From NCBI RefSeq assembly GCF_009914755.1, contig NC_060925.1: a stretch of 64,000 bases of DNA; one strand, written 5' to 3'. The notes below the pieces were generated by a model. The model saw only the letters and a program-made list of their open reading frames with translations. It was not told the DNA's origin and did not search any database. Shown here one piece after another: positions 57,475 to 64,000 of this stretch (its first letter is position 1; every line of letters begins with the position of its first letter). The DNA comes from the human T2T-CHM13v2.0 reference genome, Homo sapiens. The translations under genes and the position numbers were made by a program.

Positions 57475-58008
57475 GTTTGTGTCATTTTTAACCTTCCACT
57501 TCTTGGTTCTTCTTGAAAGGGGGAAGGGACAAAGAAGAAAGGGAGAGAGGTTGTATGTCATTTGTCTTTTAAAAAGATTTCTGGGAAGCTACAGTATAAT
57601 TTGTTTATATGCTATTTGCCAGAACTTAGTTTATATCTATGCCTAACTGCAAAGCAAGCTGGCAATTACAATTTTTTTTTTCCTGGGCTGTCATGTACCC
57701 ATTTGAATAAAAATTGAGGAAGAAAGCAAGAACAAATATTTGGATAGCAGTGGACAGCCTATTCCATAGTAAGTAAAGCAGTATACAGAATGTTAGGAAT
57801 CCTCTAATTGACTGCTACTTGCCTGCTGACCTTTATTTGGTCCTAGGCTCTATCAAGATACTGATAAAAGTTATAGACCCTATCCTTAGAAAAATGCACC
57901 TGTGTATATATATGCATGGAATTCTGTGGGATTATTGTCTCTGGAGCCCATCCATGAACCATTGCCTAAGAGGTTGTGTATGGATCCACTGTTAAGATTT
58001 CCTGTTAT

Positions 58009-58290
58009 AGGCTGGGTATGGTGGCTCATGCCTGCAATACAATCCCAGCACTTTGGGAGGCCTAGATGGGAGGATCACTTGCATCCAGGAATTCGACATT
58101 AGCCTGGGCAGCGTAGTGCGACCCTCTCTCTACAAAATAATTAGCTGGCTGTGGTGGCGTGTGCCTGTAGTCCCAGCTTCTTGGGAGGCTGAAGTGGGAG
58201 GATTGCTTGAGCCTGGGAGGTTGAGGCTGCAGTGAGGTTTTGATCACTCTGGGTGACAGAGTGAGACCCTGTCTCAAAAAAAAAAAAAAA
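58009..58290 (+). mobile_element. AluJ (sense)
   Basis: Dimer with A tail; degenerate TSD aagatt..ctgt.ata. Confidence 0.88.
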
Positions 58291-59543
58291 GATTATCTGT
58301 GATAATGTTTCATTGTAAGACATTTATTTATTTATTTTGACATGGCTTTTAAAAGTTTTTGTTATTCACTCACACAGTCAATAAAAGCTTGCTAGCATGC
58401 TCTGTATTTTAGTCAGTATGATAGAACTTGAAGATTCAAAGAACCATGATATTCTATTAAGTGCTTACTATGTGCCTCGCATGAAACTGGGAACCTTAAG
58501 TACATTATCCATTTCCTACATTTTAAAAATGAGGAAATAATCTGCCTAAGATTTTATAGCTAGTGAATGATAGAGGTAGTATTTGAATTCAGGTCCTTTT
58601 AGTTATCGTGAAATAGACACTTCACCATAAGCATGAGACACACTGGGCAGAGGGTATTTTAGTGGTTCAGTTTCACTTGCCAGTCATATAGGCACTTGCC
58701 TTGCCTATATAACTAGGAATCTCTTTGTGCCTCAGTTTTCTGTTAATACTCTGCAAAGGCACTTAAAATGTTTATGTGGTGATGCTACTTTTCTGATTTT
58801 GTATTTTTTTATTGCAATCAGTATGATATATGGCATATGATAAATGTCAACTGGTAATCTAATCTAAGTACTACAAAATGATCATATTTTGAAAATGTCT
58901 TATCAGCATTCAAATTTTATGTATCATTTAAAAATTCTATGGAAAGCACCTTTTGATCACCTTGTAAAGCAGAACTCACTGGTGCCATATGTGTGTTCTT
59001 TTTTCTCACAAGCATGCTGTTATGTATGCTGACAGCATCACACGTTGAATTTAGCATAAAAGCTTTTTGCTTCAAGCTGAGATTTTTGACCCCACTAATA
59101 ATACAGATGTTCTCATAATTTCCTCTCTTCAGCCCCTTTATAAATCAAAAAGAGTAGAAAAGGGAAAATTATATGAGTAATTACAGTATTAGATTACTAT
59201 AGAAAACCATTTCACTTCTTTAAAATTCTCTTTTCATCTTTAGTTTCGAATCACCAGCTTCTTAAATGTCAACTTTCTTAAATTGACAGGCTCTAAATTA
59301 TGAATGTACCATTTATTTATCGGTTGACACCTTTGTCTCTTGTTTTATCAGAAACATTTTCTTTTCTACTGAGAGTACTGCTGATTCTAATTGTAGAGAT
59401 TAGATTTGACTTCAGAAGTTTGCATAATAAGCAAAGCAACTAAGTGATAGGCCTGCTGCTGCTTTCTGATCTGTGGACGTAAACTATCATAAACCAGTGT
59501 TTGATCATTCTTCCCTTAAGTGTTGATTCTTATTTAATTGTAG

Positions 59544-59659
59544 GGCGATTTGATGAAACTGTTATCGAAGAGAGAAGACAATGTGCTGAAGACCTGCTAC
59601 AGTTCTCTGCCAATATTCCTGCTCTTTACAATAGTAAACAGCTTGAAGACTTTTTCAAG
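59544..59659 (+). CDS. RPS6KC1: RPS6KC1 exon 4 (116 nt, G-RFDETVIEERRQCAEDLLQFSANIPALYNSKQLEDFFK), end of PX domain
   Basis: Acceptor atttaattgtag, donor AAG|gtttgg; phase 1 matches exon 3; PX ERR...L..F motif. Confidence 0.95.
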
Positions 59660-61929
59660 GTTTGGTAGTCTTTCTGGAATATTTTATATCTTATTAAATA
59701 CTTTTGTAATTTGTAGTAAAGTAAAATAAAAAATGCCACTTTTGAATTTCGTTATTCACTATAAAAGTAGAAATTAATAGCTCTATAATAATGTTTATGG
59801 CATATTTCCTATTTTTAGTATAGAAATTTATGCTTTTTTTTTTTTTTTAAAGGAACTGGTTCTGCTCTGTTGCTTAGACTGTTGTTCAGTGGCCATTGAC
59901 AGGTGTGATCATGGCGTACTATAGTCTTGAGTTCCTGGGCTCAAGCCTCCTGTTGCCTCAGACTCCTGAGTGTTTTTGATTCATGGATCTTAAAAAATTG
60001 ATGCAAAGAGCTTAGAGATTGTTTAACTCACTCTGTCATAATTGAAATACATTAAAAAAAATGAAGCATCATAAAACTCTAGTACTTACCTTCACTTTTT
60101 GAAGTGTCTTTCAGTGGCAGATTACTCTTGGAATATAAGCCACTGTAAGTCTATATTAAATTTGTTATTATGTTGACTTGTATAAAGATACAACAAAAAT
60201 ATAAAACTGCACAGTTTTAGAGAGCAGGCCAGTGCAAATTATATTACTGGAGATCATTGGATATTAGTGTTTTAAGTTCCTAGATATGTAATGCTTTCAT
60301 TTTAAGTTTTTTTTTTTTTTTTTACCATTTTTAATAATAATTTTCTAACTTATTTTGAACTGTATCGGTATATGTTGTCAGTTGGTATTGTTGTATTTAA
60401 TTACTACATTTTCCCTGTTGCATTGAGTTAACCTTCTAAAAAAAAAGAAATCTAAGTGATTGTGCTGTAATTGTTTTTACTTCTTTAAAATCTATTCACT
60501 TGTATAAGTTAAATTTCTTAGCCTATATAACCAGTGATATGTATGAATAGTGAGATATTTAATTTTTCTGATTTTAGTGGATCTACACAGATTATTTATT
60601 TATTTATTTTTTTCTGCCAGTGCTTCATCACCTAGGAATTTATTTTTTATGATGTTTTATCTACTGAAGAAAGTTCTTTTGAAAGATATTGCAAATTTAC
60701 AGTAATAGAAATAATGATAGTAATAGAAGTGTTTATAGTAACAATAACATTTCTGATGATTGACCGTGTTGCTTAATTTTTCACCATTCTGCAAACTAGG
60801 CTGAGATAATAAATGTGATTTCTGCATATGGCCCTATGCAGATCTTTAGGATAAAGGCCAAATCAAATTGATAGAGTATTTAGCTCTTTGCTGTTCTTTG
60901 TTAATAATTGTTTCTATGTGTCAGGGAGTCTGTTTTTTATGGAAAAAGGCTTTATTATTAAACAAGAATATTGCTTTATAGAAATTGTGAAAAGCTGTCA
61001 TGCAAATTACCACCTGCCATATGGCTAAAAAAAATTAGGGATTATGGAAGTCCTATTAAATACTTTAAACAATTTAAGTAAAAGTTAGCTGTTCATTGTA
61101 TTTCTTCTGGATATGGGAATTCCTGATTGTAATTGTTGCTGGAAGTCACTGGGAAATGAGACTGTCATTTTCAGAGTTTGTGAAAGATTGGACAGTTTAA
61201 GAGAAGTCAAACTAATCTTGGAAAGTATCTTAGAACTATCTTTAACAGCGTGCTAGGCGGGAACAGGATACTGATTTGGGAATATCAGAGCAGTGGTATT
61301 CAGTCATTATCTCTATTTAAATAGAGATAATCAAGCAAGAAAAAAAAACTCATTCCATTAGCTTGAACAAAAAAAAAGGTATTTATTTTTCATATGACAA
61401 GAAGTATGAATGAGGAAGGTAGTCCAGGACTGGTATGGAGCTCAGTAATGTCATCAGTGACATAGGTTTCTGGGTTTAGGTGTGAAAGGGAAAAGGCCAA
61501 AAGAAACATGGCAGTTTTTAAAAGCTTTCCCAGAAACATGATCTAGAGATAGTCCTTCTTACATCTCATTGGCCAGAACAGGGTCACATGCCCATCCTTA
61601 ATTTGAAGGAGTCTCGGAAGGTGACTCTTAGCTTTCTAGTTCTGATCATGGATGAAGGCTGTGGGGAAGGTTTTGGGGTAGCTAATTCACAGGGTGTGCT
61701 ATAGTATCATAGTTTATTTTTCTCTTTAGAGACATTGATGATGCCACATGCAAATGACCATATAGCCACTTGCTTACATTGACTTTAAAAAACCACATAC
61801 ATAAGAGTAGAATGAATAGTATAATGAACTTCTATGACCCATGGCCTGGTTTCAGAAATTATCAGTATATTGCCAAACTTGTTTTATCTATACCTTTCCA
61901 TCCCATACTCTTCACTGGTTGTTTATTTA

Positions 61930-63700
61930 TTAGTATTAGTACAGTTACTAATTATAATTGTACAATTCACCGATTTTCAGTAAATTTATAGAGTTTTGCA
62001 CCTATCACCAACATCCAATTGTATTTTATTTTATTCTTTTTTTTTTCTGAGACAGAATCTCACTCTGTTGCCCAGGCTAGAGTGCAGTGGCACAATCTCG
62101 GCTAACCGCAACCTCTTGCCTCCCGGGTTCAAGCTATTCTCCTGCCTCGGCCTCCTGAGTAGTTGGGATTACAGGTGTGTGCCACCACACCTGGCAAATT
62201 TTTGTATTTTTAGTAGAGACAGGGTTTCACAATGTTGGCCAGGCTGGTTTTGAACTCCTGACCTCAAGTGATCCGCCTGCTTCAGCCTCCCAAAGTGCTG
62301 GGATTACAGGTGTGAGCTACTGTGCCTGGCCAACATCCAATTTTAGATCATTTCCATTACCGCACCTCTGTGTCTACTTGCTATGGTGATCCCCTTTTCC
62401 ATCCCCAGCCTGGGGCAACCACCTTGTTCTGTCTATAGATTTGCCTTTCCCCATAATTTCAAATACATGGAATTACACAATATATGTAGCGTTTTGTTCA
62501 CAACATAAGTATATAGGTTTCTTTCACTTAGCATAATGCTTTTGAGCTTCATTCATGTTATGTATCAGCATTTTGTTCTTTTATGTTGCTGAAATGCATT
62601 TCATTGTATAGATAATACCACATTTTCTTCATTCATTGATAAATTGATGGACATGTTTGGATGTTTCTACGTTTTGGCTGTTATGACTAATGCTGCTGTG
62701 AATATTTGCCTACAAATCTTTGTGTGGATATATGTTTTCATTTTTCTTGGGTGATTCCTGAGGAGAGGAATTGCTGGATCTTATGGTAAATTCGTGTTTT
62801 TAAGAAACTGCCAAACTGTTTTCCAAACGGAAAATAGCCAGTAATGTTTGAACTTACCAGTTGTTCCACAACCTCACCAACACTTGGTATTGTCTGATTT
62901 TTTAACTGTAGCCATTCTAGCAGGTGTGCAGTGGCATTTCACCATAGTATTAATTTCAGTTTCCTAATGGCTAATGATGTTGAGCATGTTTTCCTCTGCT
63001 TTTTTCATATATCTTTGGTGAAATGTCCATTAAAATCTACCCATTTTTTTGATTGGGTTATCATTGAGTTGTAAGAGTTCTGAATATATTCTGTATAAAC
63101 AGTCTTATCAGATAAGTGATTTGTAAATATTTTCTCCCCAGTCTGTAGCCTTTTAGTTTTCTTAGTGGTGTCATTTGAAGCTCAAAAGCTTTTAGCTTTG
63201 ATATGATGTATAATTTATATATATTTTTTCTTTTTTGGGTTATGCCTGTCATACCCAGGAACTTTTCGAGTATCCCAAGATCATGAAGATTTTCTTCTGT
63301 TTACTTTTAGAAGTTTTAATGTTACAGGTCTGTGATTCATTTTTAGTTCATTTTATATACGGTGTGAAGGAACGGTCTAAATTCATCTTCTGGTGTGTGT
63401 ATATCTAATATTCTGAGCATCATTTGTTGAAAAGACTATCCTCATTGAATCACCTTGGGACTCTTGCTGAAAGTAAATTGACTGTAATTATAATGGCTTA
63501 TTTCTGGACTGTTGATAGTTCTATTAATCTACGTGCCTGTCTTATCCTAGAACCATACTGTCTTGATTACTGTAGCTTTTTAAGTATTGAAGTCAGCTAG
63601 TGTAAGTTTGCCTACTTTACTTTTTCAAAATTGTTATGGCAATTTTGAGTTCTTTGAACTTCCATAAAAATTTTTAGTGGCAGCTTATCCATGTGAACAA
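61930..63700 (-). mobile_element. Old L1 (L1MB/MC-like) 3' region with AluS at 62038-62331
   Basis: Antisense L1 3'UTR/ORF2 motifs; Alu TSD aacatccaatt. Confidence 0.78.
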
Positions 63701-63743
63701 AAAATTCTCATAGAATTTTAAAATTATTTTATTATTTTACTTC

Positions 63744-64000
63744 TTTTTTTTTTTTTTTTAAAGAATTGGGGTCTCACTTTTTTCACCGAGGCTGGGATGC
63801 AATGGCACAATAATAGCTCACTTTAACCTCAAACTCTTGGGCTCAAGGGATCCTCCCACCTCAGCCTCCCAAGTAACTGGGACAGGAACCACCACACCCA
63901 GCTTATTTTTAAATTTTTTTGTAGAGACAGGTTCTCACTGTGTTGCCCAGGCTGGTCTTGAACTCCTAGCCTTAAGTAATTCTCTTGCCTCAGCCTCCCA
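63744..64000 (-). mobile_element. AluJ (cut by window edge)
   Basis: J-type dimer. Confidence 0.88.

Overview
Primate (most likely human, chr1q32) genomic DNA, not prokaryotic. It holds about 6 kb of upstream sequence, a TATA-less CpG-island promoter and the first four coding exons of RPS6KC1 on the + strand (6494-6598, 26097-26132, 32787-32907, 59544-59659). Spliced, these give 126 uninterrupted codons covering the N-terminal PX domain; the gene continues past the window. The rest is intron packed with repeats: about 45 Alu pieces (mostly antisense), old L1/L2/MIR, several LTRs, a MaLR provirus, a full-length Tigger1, Charlie1a, Tigger4b and MER3. Almost all ORF-track ORFs are repeat-derived noise. 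I found no convincing new multi-gene system. The most unusual items are: (1) a 67-nt ERV-LTR R-region RNA retroposed with poly(A) and TSD; (2) a 44-codon upstream ORF overlapping the RPS6KC1 start; (3) a double LTR14 with gene-conversion-like tracts inside an AluJ; (4) two short templated insertions copied from about 1.2 kb away; (5) a 20-bp internally primed Alu; (6) candidate poison exons and a recursive splice site. Repeat subfamily names come from my memory of consensus sequences, not from a search. Repeat boundaries are approximate unless a TSD is given.
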